Source of the DNA: Antedon mediterranea
Taxonomy: Eukaryota > Animalia > Echinodermata
DNA: 64,000 nt
Assembly: GCF_964355755.1 (NCBI RefSeq)
Contig: NC_092674.1
Location: 25,668,001-25,732,000 of the forward strand
Direction of reading: 5' to 3'
Below are positions 1 through 11,349 of the stretch, piece after piece. The number at the start of each line of letters is the position of its first letter. Positions within the stretch are counted from its first letter, which is position 1. The position numbers and the translations under genes are program-made. The notes under the pieces are model-generated. The model did no database searches. It saw only the letters and a program-made list of their open reading frames with translations, and was not told the DNA's origin.

Positions 1-1501
1 AGACAAAACATTTGTATTGTATGTAGGCCCTATACCTTAATTGTATCATAAACTTAGGGGGATCATCCACTTAGGGCATTATGCATGATCCAAAAACCTT
101 TGTATGATGGTTAGCGAAAGGGACACTACCTATCCCGACTAGGCCTAGGCCTACCACATTCAGTCCTAGGCCTATCTGTAAAATTTCCAGGCAGTCAAAT
201 TGAACTACATTGGCGGACACGATGCATACAACTCAACTGTACCAGACATATTGGTTGGGTAAACTAAATTTGTAAATTTACAAAATAAAATCACCTACTG
301 TCTTTTATTTTATCTTCAACGTGTTTATGAATATTTTTAACGTCATAATATAGTAAAATGTATCAACCCTATTGCCGTTATGTTTACAAACAACAAATTA
401 TGTTAGGCCATCAAAGAAAAAGCTAGTCCTGCTTGGTCGAAAATCCTTAAATGCATGCGTGATCGTGTTATGATCGTTGATGGCAGTATACCACCTTTTT
501 TTAAATTAAAATATTAAATTCATATTTTTAGACTCGTTAATGTTTAATAATAATGAAGGGAAGTTGACAATTACTTCGAAAACAAATAGACGAATTTATT
601 TAATGTATGTGTGGTGGTCGAATACTAATTAACCAGCTAAAACCCGTTATTTTTATCCCAAATGAATATTAAAAAAAAAAAAAATTTAATATTTAATACT
701 CTGCAATTATTCTACATATTTTGACAATTTAGTTTAATATGCATGCATAATAACATTTGTTCGTTGCGAAACAACATTGAGTGTACTTACAAAAGTAATG
801 GAAACTTGATGTTATTCCAGACGCAGTTTGCTTTTTAATAATAATATTACAGTACTTGAAACGATTTTCAGATTCAACAAAATATTCATTTGCTCTTTTG
901 TAATCGTTTCACAGTATCAAAGTATTATAGACCAAGGATTGCCTAGAATACGCTACGTAATAAGCCTAGGGTTTTCAGATAAATTACTACTAAAAAAGTA
1001 GGTTTTGTTTTCCCGAGGACGAGGAAAGCTTGTACATGCCAGACTTCATACTTTTGTTTTATTTGTACAAGTTATAAATGCATTCCGTAATTTCATCCTC
1101 TTTCATACAAATTTAAAAATAATTTGTAGTTTGCTTTTTATCGTATCCAATATGCACAATATAATCTACAGACTATACAGTGGAAACCTTTGGAACACCG
1201 TCCTACACTATCAAAACTAGCAAATATGGCAGTGATATCACATCATCATGTCCATATATGGGCACATCACATTTATTGTTTTCACATAAAATTGGATAGT
1301 GTAGATGGAGCTTAGTTTATAAGTACAATAATTAAACCAAAACAATCTTTTATATTTCAACAGACTGGTACTTATGATCCTTATCCCAGAAGAGACAAGA
1401 ATGACTATGACCAACTCCTATTCTTTTGGATGTCCTCTTAATATTTTAACATATTTGGATGCAAAAACAAAAACCAAGCATTATATTTAAAGATAAAATT
1501 A

Positions 1502-1525
1502 TTTATTACATTCAATTTATTTACA
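1502..1525 (-). promoter_or_regulatory. Candidate cyclin A polyadenylation signals (AATAAA), one overlapping a Pumilio element
   Basis: Minus-strand AATAAA at 1502-1507 and 1516-1521; TGTAAATA at 1518-1525. Confidence 0.5.
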
Positions 1526-2118
1526 AACAATATTTTACAATCACAACTACACATTTAAAACAAGTAGGGAATAAAAACCACACAGAAAAAAGTACTATAA
1601 AACAAAAATGAAACTAGTTTGATGATATAGAATTCCTAATTTAGCGACTAACACACGGTATATACTATAAACGATTTATTCATTTACAACAAAAAAAAAG
1701 AAAAAAAATGATTACAGGCTGATTGGATCAGTGGAATAAAGAGCATAAAAAGTTTTTTAAAAACTGCGATCCGTTAAAAAACTTGACATTAAAACTGCAA
1801 TACCAGTAGATATTTCGGCTCTTAAAATCATTCAGTACATCATTAAAATTACTACCAAAATATTTTGATTTACAACTGTCCAAGCATTTTGTGTAAAAAG
1901 TTTTTTACCACTCCCAAACCATGTGTACAATAATTATTAAAAAACAATTAAAAAATCACGTCTTTCACGCCACCAATGTTCTACAGCAAATTTCATGATT
2001 TAAAATTCTTGTATAAAATGATGATGCAGAAATTTTGCGTTCCTTATTGGGGACTGGTTAGCTGCTCAAATACCCGGAGACGTTTTAAAATTGGTGTCGT
2101 TCCAGTAGAGGGCGATAG

Positions 2119-2170
2119 TCATAACAAAGGACCTGTAGCAGGTGCTGGGGTTAATGATGCACTACTATAC
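2119..2170 (-). CDS. CCNA2: Cyclin A last coding exon
   Basis: cag|G TAT AGT...TTA TGA; encodes [16 protein letters not shown]. Confidence 0.85.
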
Positions 2171-5100
2171 CTGCAAGTACAAATAAATAATATTGTAAAG
2201 AAAATGCAAAGTATTTAACAAAGATTTATTACAGCTAAGTGGAAAAAAGTACAGGGGACTATACATGCAGAAGAGTAGCTAGAAAAGCTAGATGTTAAAC
2301 TTGCGGAGAAGATGTTATGATTTTAGGTTAATATTATGAAACACTCATTTCTCCATGGGTAAACTGCTAAGTACTGTACCGATTTATATTTTTTACAGGG
2401 GACTTGTATACATGCAGAAGAGTAGCTAGAAAAGCTAGATGTTAAACTTGGCCCATATACACTTGGGGGGAAGATGTTGCTATGATTTTAGGTTAATATT
2501 ATGAAACACTCATTTCTCCATGGGTAAACTGCCAAGTACTGTACTTACTTTGCCGATTTATATTTTTCTCGTACTGCTTGCTGCGGAGCAATCGATGCAT
2601 GCAAGTAAGTTTGATATAAATCTTTAACACATTGGCTGATATCTTCACTTTGGTAACCACTGTGGTAGGCCAAGGAAGCATTCTGGAAAAAATAAATACA
2701 AAATTGGTTAGAACTTATTTACATGTTTCACCTTAGCCTTTTTTACTGGGAGGTAAAGAGATAATGCTTATGAAATTATATCAAAGAAATGGTTCGAGAC
2801 TGATGAACATTTGTTATCTAATACTAAACTATTTTTTTATTCAGGAAAGCAATAAAGAAAAGTTCCTAGGAAGATCCAAGGGAAGCATAACAACTAACAA
2901 CAATGATGTGAATCTCTATCTGCTGCTTGACATCGAGGCAAAGAGCTCAAATAATTGAGATGAAAACCCAAGCAGATTTTACTTATTTACATCTTGGCCA
3001 AGATATTTGACTTGCAGGCAAAGAGATAATGCGTAAAAAATAATATTAATTTATATATTTATATTAAACCATACAGACAGAAGTCTGAATAATTCTGAAC
3101 ACAATGGACAATGAAAAAGGGGACAGCACAAGTAAGACAAATATGCAAAATTAAACATTCTTACCCAAGCAGATTTTTCCATAGTATGATTAGCAAGACA
3201 AACTGCAGAGGCTGCAATCATTGAAGGAAGGTACTTGATGTATGGGTCATACTGCTGTAGTGTTAACTCTGCTAAGTACTGCAAAACAAAATATTCATAA
3301 ATTCAAAACATTAATTCTATTTCTGCTTAACTGTTGATACTACTGTATTAGAATACCCACACCTTCGGAATCAAAGTGCCTCCCGAATAGGCAATGGTAA
3401 TTAATATGTCTCAACACTGGTTACTAAAATTCTGTGTGGTGTGGTGATTTGCCCATATAATGACATGTCATACAGTATTTGGACATATCACATCTTTTGC
3501 CTCAAAGTTTTGACAGCGTAGACAGCTTTATATACCCTGTTCTACTGTATAGTTAACTGGACAATATTTTGTATTGACCAACTGACCACTACTAGTCTAC
3601 TATTAGCAGCCTAAAGACCTGCCTACACTATTAAACTAAAAAAATGTGATGTGCCCATATATGGACGCAATGTCAATACTACCATATTTGGGCATATCAC
3701 TTACCATATTTGGGCACACTTTTTATACAGAGCTTAATATAATTAATCATCATAATAGCATTATGAAATAAATACAAACCTTAGCTAGATGTTCCGTTTT
3801 CTTATCTGCTTTGGACGCTTTTAGATATCTGTCTAAGAAACTGCTTATAGTTGGTAAAGCAAGATCAAATGAAAGTACTTTTAATATTAAATGTTCCATT
3901 CTAAGTACTTGTTTAACTTTGTACGTATCGTCGGTTATGTAAACAAACTCTCCTACATCTGGTGGGTATATTTCCTCAAATTTCCTGTGAACGAAACAAT
4001 TTTATAAATTAACAGTTTGCATTGCACATGAAATCACTATGGATCAGAAAAACAAAAATGCATATCATTTGGTAAAAAAAAGCCCACAATGGATAGCAGT
4101 GGAGCTGTAGCTTGGCGTTCCAATCCCGATCTACTGCCAGGGTTTCAACTCACGACTCCATTCGCCAAGACTTGAGCTCTGTCTACACTATCAAACTATT
4201 TTTGTTTGAAAAAAAGTGTGATGTCCCCAAATATGGTAGTTATAAATAAACTGAGTGTTGCAGCAAAACAACTGGAACTTTCTCGCTCGTCCGTCTACGT
4301 GGTACGGGATGGTGAACTTGACCGATGGAAACAGATCGTTGCTGTCGACTGTCAAAGATTCCATCGGGCACATTACAATGTGTTGTCACATAAAATTTGA
4401 TGTAGACAGAGCTTAAGTTTATAAGTACAATAATTATTAAATAGTTTATGTATCCTGTAATTGGCGAGTTAACAAATATGTTAAATACGTACGCAGCTAC
4501 AAACATGCTTGCAGCTCCCACTAACTGCAACTTGCTACGAAGAACACTCATTTGTGACAGAAACCTGTCGATGTAGGACACGGCAAGGTAAAGTGTTTCG
4601 TCATGTAGCCTATATTCTCCTGCCACTTCAACTAACCAGTCAACAAGAATGCAACGCATGTTTTGGTTGATGTCTGGTTGCTTTCGCATGTACCCTGGCT
4701 TAGGGCGATGTTTTTGCTGAAATAAAAAAATTTCATGTTAGAATCTTGCATAGCATCAAAATTATGGATAGAGCCACCTCCTTCAAAATAATAACAGAAA
4801 TTTTGCAAACGTCTATCATTTTCAATTATCACATGCGCAGAATGTATTGAAATTCTGTCCGCAGATTAACCTAAAGAAATTTGTATGTATTCGAGCAGTC
4901 TACACTTTATGTGAAAAAAAAGTGCGATGTGCCCATATATGGACATGATGATGGCAAACCACAACCATATTTGGGCACATCACATTTTGTATACCAAAGT
5001 AGTTTGATAGTGTGGATAGTGCTGTGTAGTGGAGGTTTGAGAACTCAATCACCTATTCTGCAAGTGACCGTGTTTCCTACTTTTGGATTCAAATGAAAAT

Positions 5101-6612
5101 ATGTGTAAAATATTACCTCTGCTTCTTTCAAGTACTTATAAATATCTGCAGAGTACTCCGAAACATTTAAATATTCTGCATCGTTGATATCTTCTATTTT
5201 TTCTTCAATATCAAGCTCACTTTTCATAGAAGCATCTAAAATCATTGGCGAGTCTGAAAAAAAAGAAAATATTTTAGTCAAGCCCCTATTTCATAGAAGC
5301 ATCTTAAAGATGTATTGTCCCTTTGACTAATTCCAAAAAAATAAAAAATAAAAGATTTCGAAAAAAGGTGGGTCATTTTGAAGTATCATAATAGTTATTA
5401 ACTATCACCAAAAATTTTTTGGGAAAAAAAAAAATTAACTGAAATACATACGTTTTTTTGTTACAAAAATAACTTTGACTTCCAGTCAAAGTTTTCAATC
5501 AAAACATATCCCATAATGAAACGCGCTTGTTTGGCTACTCTGTATGCATAATCATAAAACTTCCTCATGATCTGTGTGAAAATACCTTCTTAACCGTGAC
5601 GAGTTGTAAACAATCCTAATTTAGCATATGCATAATGCGTACTCATGGTTTGAAATCTTTGTTTACTTTCGCTCGTGACGATTTTCCAGATGAAATGTAA
5701 TCAAACTAATTTACCTGTTAATTACGTAAACTTGTTGTTTTTGGCTCGAATTTTCGACTTAAAGTGAAAAACTTTAATATTACTTTGATATGGCCACTTT
5801 AAATTTAGAATATTTTGACCTTCATTTTTTTGTGTTTCAAGGGACAATACATCTTTAAATAATTTGAGATTCAGAAATCAGAAATACTTTTATTTCAAGT
5901 AATTAAAAGTTTACTGTACTGCAAGACTTCGGTACTACTAACCTGAACTATGGTCAAAGTTCATAAACACGTCAGAAAGTGGTTGCCTATTTGTAGTGGT
6001 CAACGACGTGACTGTTGATGGTAGTTGTTGTAATACAGCTGGAATGGATGGCTGTCTCGTGGACGAGGTTCCTTCTGAATCGACATGTATAGAGAAGGTA
6101 GTTGGTCGTCCACAAGTAACGGAAAATGGTTGCTTGGCAGAAGCCAAAGCATTTTCATCTTGTTTAACATTCTCAAAGTTTTCCGTTGTCTGGAATCGAA
6201 AAAGAAAATATAATCATTAAACAAAATTTAAAATAAATATGGGTAGGCCTAGCTAAACCACTTTTTTTTAAATCTTATACTAGCCGGCCTACTACCAGCA
6301 TAAATAATTATTAATAGGTACCAGTTTAGTAGGCCTATATACTGCATGATTACCAAGATTACATGATGCTTATTAATTAAAAAGGAAGAATTAGTAGTAG
6401 TAACAAACCTGTTTTGCAGCTCTGAATGGTTGTACTCTAGTTGTTGTAGTCGTATTTTCTGAAAGAGTAACCAATGCCGCCCTTTTTGTTGCTTGTGGAC
6501 CATTCAGGCTTCTACTTGATATATCTTCTCTTGTTTTGGATTTTCGGTTAATTTGATTAGAAGCATGTCTATTTTCAATATCCATGTAAACGGTTGTAAA
6601 TGATTGAGCCAT
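2119..6612 (-). CDS. CCNA2: Cyclin A (G2/mitotic-specific cyclin A), complete spliced CDS, 8 coding exons, 438 aa
   Basis: Exons 6409-6612, 5943-6189, 5117-5253, 4493-4716, 3780-3984, 3165-3278, 2549-2682 and 2119-2170 all have GT-AG boundaries with matching phases and total 1317 nt. The translation has a D-box ([10 protein letters not shown]), an ABBA motif (FSIHVD), the cyclin box ([12 protein letters not shown]...[22 protein letters not shown]) and a C-terminal QQAVREKY. The symbol denotes the cyclin A family; A1 versus A2 cannot be assigned in an invertebrate. Confidence 0.96.
2251..2567. repeat. Two-copy tandem duplication spanning the cyclin A exon 7 donor
   Basis: 2251-2394 matches 2395-2567 with small indels. 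Confidence 0.9.
2549..2682 (-). CDS. CCNA2: Cyclin A coding exon 7
   Basis: [10 protein letters not shown]...[12 protein letters not shown], ending AA|gtaagt. Confidence 0.92.
3165..3278 (-). CDS. CCNA2: Cyclin A coding exon 6
   Basis: [29 protein letters not shown]...AW|gtaaga. Confidence 0.95.
3780..3984 (-). CDS. CCNA2: Cyclin A coding exon 5
   Basis: [21 protein letters not shown]...[15 protein letters not shown]; not in the ORF track, read manually. Confidence 0.95.
4098..4470 (+). mobile_element. tRNA-derived SINE (family B) interrupted by a family-1 MITE (about 4175-4413)
   Basis: Head agtggagctgtagcttgg and tail tcctgtaattggcgagtt match the copy at 21060-21280; MITE TIRs gctctgtctacac...gtagacagagc lie inside. 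Confidence 0.75.
4493..4716 (-). CDS. CCNA2: Cyclin A coding exon 4 (start of cyclin box)
   Basis: [31 protein letters not shown]...FVA, ending GC|gtacgt. Confidence 0.96.
5117..5253 (-). CDS. CCNA2: Cyclin A coding exon 3
   Basis: DSPMILD...[14 protein letters not shown]|gtaata. Confidence 0.93.
5308..5854. mobile_element. Non-autonomous DNA transposon, Kolobok-like (TTAA TSD)
   Basis: TTAA|AGATGTATTGTCCCTT...AAGGGACAATACATCT|TTAA. Confidence 0.8.
5943..6189 (-). CDS. CCNA2: Cyclin A coding exon 2
   Basis: [13 protein letters not shown]...FSIHVD...DHSS G|gttagt. Confidence 0.88.
6409..6612 (-). CDS. CCNA2: Cyclin A first coding exon
   Basis: An acceptor tttcag lies 5 nt before the ATG, implying an upstream non-coding exon. 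Contains the D-box [10 protein letters not shown] and ends CAG|gtttgt. Confidence 0.9.
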
Positions 6613-7017
6613 TATTTCTGAAATTAAGGAGGTTTTAAAAACATAAATATGTTGCCGTACAATGGGCTAAAGTAAAGCACGCTTTTTTAGAAGGTAGCCT
6701 ATCCAAATGACCTCCAGGGCCCCATTGCGTAGCTATTTTCAAATTTTAAAATGGCGTTCTTTTCATCAACAATCAGCGAGTGGACTCGTCCTCAACAAGC
6801 ATCAGATTTGAATTAAATATGTTACATAAAGAACACTAAAATACCTACTTGATCGGTAGCTAGGTTAGTCAAGTTTTGATATGTTTCTGCGTACTTTTAG
6901 GTCGTTTTCCCCTTCTATATTCGAGGAGAAATACGCAGTATGTGTGCCAAAATACAGCTTCCTAGGGGTTAGGCGCTGACAAAGCGGAAATCAGCTGTTT
7001 ACAAAATAGTTCATTCA

Positions 7018-7053
7018 TTCAACTTACCCGCTCGAAAGCTCTCGACCAATCAG
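7018..7053 (-). promoter_or_regulatory. Cyclin A promoter: inverted CCAAT box plus CDE/CHR-like element
   Basis: Minus strand reads ctgATTGGtcgagagctttcgaGCGGGtaagTTGAA, about 400 nt upstream of the ATG. Confidence 0.65.
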
Positions 7054-7301
7054 ATTGCGAGGGCGATACCACTATTACATACCTGAATGCAATGTTCTAC
7101 CTAATAAATTTATTATTCACAAACAGGTACGATATATTTATGTTAATTTCAAATATGTAAAATTAAGTAATTAGCACATTCAATGAATTGTACAGAATAA
7201 ACTGTAGGCTACAGAAACAATTTTACTTTCTTGGTTTTTAGACGTTTCCATTATTATTACCCATCACCTTGCAAGATATGCACCACATTCTAACTAGCCT
7301 A

Positions 7302-7468
7302 AAGCCTTGTTTACACTATCAAACTTTATGTGTCAAAAAAGTTTGATGTTCCCAAAAATGGTAGAACTATGCTTACATATGGTAGTGATATGACATCATT
7401 ATGTCCATATATGGGCACATCACATTTTTTGACACATAATAAAGTTTGATAGTGTAGAGACAAAGCTT
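7302..7468. mobile_element. MITE family 1 (PIF/Harbinger-like)
   Basis: TIR resembling AGCTCTGTCTACACTATCAAACT with the conserved internal atatgggcacatcac. Confidence 0.8.
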
Positions 7469-8147
7469 TTAAGCTTTGTCTACACTATACAATTGCCCAT
7501 TGGTGGTGGAATGTTGCCTCTATGATGGTAAAACATAAACAAAATAATTATTCACTTATAAAAAGAGAAAAAACGTTTAATTTTAACCAAAAACCAGACA
7601 TTTTTTCAGGTAAATACTTTTTTGGTTAACGTGAAGACACTTAAAAACAAAATGTGAAAAAAAAAATTTTCAAGGGGATAATGTCTTTAAAACTGTTATA
7701 CGTCAACAAGCGAGCGGCGGCGTTTTAAAGAAATATTTTTTATATATATTTTTTTTATATTTTATTATATTTTATACCAGCAAAAGCAGTAAATAAATAA
7801 ATAATGATGTTGTACGTAGGCCTATAGACTCGATAATAGCCGCTTCTAATGATCATTTTAGCCAAATTATAGGCCTTCTTTAATGTTTCGTTATATCTGC
7901 CGGAGTCATATGAAGTTGAGAACTATTTTGCCTATCGCCATGGACTTGCGATAACATTCAATTTATGTTCATATAATACTAATAAAATGTGCCGATGTAC
8001 CCTATCAATATTAATGATCGACCTCCAACGATTTATGCCATTATAAATGGAGATTATGACGAATAACTTGAGAAAGAACCATGGTCCAAAAAGTTCGTGA
8101 TCGAAGCTTAATAAATAAATCGTAGCAACAAACTACCTTGTCTATAA

Positions 8148-8282
8148 AGTCTACACTATCAAACTTTATGTGACAACAAAATGTAATGTGTCCATATATA
8201 TGGACATGATGATGATGATATCACTACCATAATTGGGCACATCACACTTTTTTTGTCAAACTGGTTTGATAGTGTAGACAAA
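8148..8282. mobile_element. MITE family 1
   Basis: gtctacactatcaaac...gtttgatagtgtagac. Confidence 0.8.
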
Positions 8283-9275
8283 GGGTAGGACTCTAATGGT
8301 GTTCAATGAGTGTTTTCCACTGTATATAGTCTGTATATTAAATCGTACATATTGGATACAATGAAAAGCAAATGAGAAATTAATTTCTAAATTTGTAAGA
8401 AAGAGGATGACATTTTAATAACGGAATGTATTTTTACAGAGCTTTAATTTTTATACATGGATGTACGTGTTTTATCGTCATACATGACATGTGCGATTTC
8501 TTAAGGCCTACTCTGTATAAATTACTTTGAGATATTTGATTAGGGTTTATTAATACATGTGTTTGTACATATTGTATTACACGATTTTCTCTAACCGCTC
8601 GACGACGCATGTGCGAACTCTGCGCATACAAACTTTTGACCAATCAGGAGGCTTTCGAAACAGACATGTAATTGGAATAGTGTGAGTGAATTACATTCGT
8701 TACGTTCGGCAAAATATCAATCAATCGTTCCAAATCAGAACAAGCGAGTTTGAGAAGTGACATAAAACTGTCCAAAGATGTCGAGTCTCTATAAATTATG
8801 TATACGCAGATAGATTGTTCCAGAGCCTAGGCCCGTACGTCAGTACTGAAATTCCGATCTCCCCAGTTATTTTCTCAAAATCTGCAACAGTATAATTTAA
8901 TTTTCTTCCATTTGAACAACCCTTGACCTCCTTGGGATTGGAAGGTAGGAATATTAACCACCAAGCTACAGCTCCGGTCTAATTGTTATAATAATAATAA
9001 TAATATATAGGCCTACGCGTACGCGAGTCGAAGATAGTCGGTACAAAATATACGTAGAAACAACTTTCAGTATTTGTATCTAAAATTTAATTATTGCAAT
9101 AATATCAACTATTGTGACGATCGATCACATCAATGGAGAAAATGGCTACAACATTAGTCATGTGATGTTGTCACCACCTAAACATAATGCTAAAGTCAAG
9201 GTACACAGTACAACAAATCCAATGCTGAATAGGTAACTAACACCAACACCTAAAACTAGAATTAATAGTGTATAA

Positions 9276-9523
9276 GACCGAATATAAGCCCATGTTCGAG
9301 TATCAGCTCGCACTCGAGTACTGTCTAAGACTAATGTTTAAGTACTGTGTGAGCTTACCTCCGAGTCTAAATTCGATTATAAGCCCATTTTCGAGTACAA
9401 GTTTATTTTCGACAATAAACCCATTTTAAGTATAAAACGATTATTCAAAAAGAGGAATACGACCACAACGCGATCGTTTTCGGTGATGTACATAATAGCG
9501 AGCACATGGGCTTATATTCGGTC
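9276..9523. mobile_element. MITE-like element with 20-bp perfect inverted repeats and internal cgagtataagccc-type repeats
   Basis: gaccgaatataagcccatgt at 9276-9295 and its reverse complement at 9504-9523. Confidence 0.6.
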
Positions 9524-10212
9524 CAAAACAACCATGAGGGTGGCACTATACCATTCACGTACATCCCTTTGATATCTATAATTTATCATTCAATCGAATA
9601 AGATCTGAAACAAACCTACAAAAATTCTAATTTCGTTAACTAGTTTCAATTATTTTCTGTAACAAGATAATCAAATATTTAATTTATTCAAAAACTAATA
9701 ACCTATTATTTTCAGGTGAATTTAATCACAAGCATACCTTACACAACTTCAAAATATTTACCCTTTTTTTCAAGAATAGATTCTATAGTACAACCATTTA
9801 ACATATAAGTTGTATTGGCAAACACTTAGAACATACAAAATATGTCTCCAAATAATACTGTTACATGTATCAGAATGGAAACCATGAACAAATTTTAACA
9901 TTTTAGCATTTTAGTCAAAACAAATACATTATAAATCAGTGAAATTACATTCTTATTTCACTCTTCCCTGTTATAAACAAACTGTGAATGCTGATTAGGC
10001 TTCTGTATATCGTATTTCATATTTTAAACGCAAGATAATCCAATTGGTCATATCAAGTAAATGAAATACTTGATTAATATATGTAAACGTTGTATACATT
10101 GTTATGTATCATGTTAGTTATTTTATATGTGGGTGTGGGCGGATTTTTTATCTCAATTATTTTATATTGAATTGTATGTAGACACTATATTATTGTCAAA
10201 TCGCATCGCATA

Positions 10213-10366
10213 AGCTCTGTCTACATTATCAAACTAGTTCGACAAAAAAGTGTGATGTGCCCAATTATGGTATTGATATACCCAAATATGGTAGTGATAT
10301 GACATCATCATGTCCATATATGGGCACATGACATTTTTTTGGCACATAAAGTTTGATAGTGTAGAA
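10213..10366. mobile_element. MITE family 1
   Basis: Same TIR and internal consensus. Confidence 0.8.
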
Positions 10367-11349
10367 AGTTAATAAATGGGAACTTTGTTGGAATGGTTTG
10401 TGCAAATAAAAAATGTTTTTTTGTAGCAATACGCTTATCTATCAATATAATTTCATATGGCTTCATAAGCCATTATATGTTGCAAACGAATGAGCATAAA
10501 GCCAAAAAATATAATAAACACATTAAATTGTGGCGAACGGGTTTGACTACACTTTAAAAAGGTGTTAACATTTCGGTTTGGTCAACAAATTAATGTTAAG
10601 TGTAAAGTTTTGTTTTGTAACAAGTTGAAATTATAAAATAGATTTGAATATTTTTAAATAATTAGTTGAATTACAAAATAGGAAAAAAGAGATAAAAAAC
10701 TATAGTTGGATTTGAAATGAAAATTAATACATTATATACAAAAGTAATATAAAACTACACTATTAAAATAAAAATGATATACAGTATGTATAAAAATGTG
10801 GTAATAATTCTAGAAAAATGAACATAAATAATATATATACATTCTATGAATTCTAATAAATATATATAACATAAATAATATTTCATATACAAGTTGCAGA
10901 TTTAGCAATTAATAAAGTTGTATTACGGTGACTAGATTCGATTTTCCACAATTGTATTAAAACAAATTAAAATATACTAAAACGTACTAATAAAATATCA
11001 TATAGAAGTTTATTAATAATTTATAAATCTTAATTATTCATAAATTAACTAATTCAAATTTTAATATTACTAATGATATATTTGAATAGATATGTAAATT
11101 TTGTTATTTAACAAATTGTATTGAATTCATATTGGTATGAAAATAAAAAATAATTTAAAAAAATGTTCATAATACTATTTGATTTTATTATTATTATTAA
11201 ATATATTTTATATTTGTGAGTTATTTTAGGAAAAATGATTATACTGCAGTTATTAGATTGATTTTTTAAACTGCAACAATCTATGCTTTGTGATACAGTA
11301 GAATCCCTGCTTTGAGAAACCTCTATTAAGAAGACACCTCTCTTACAGG

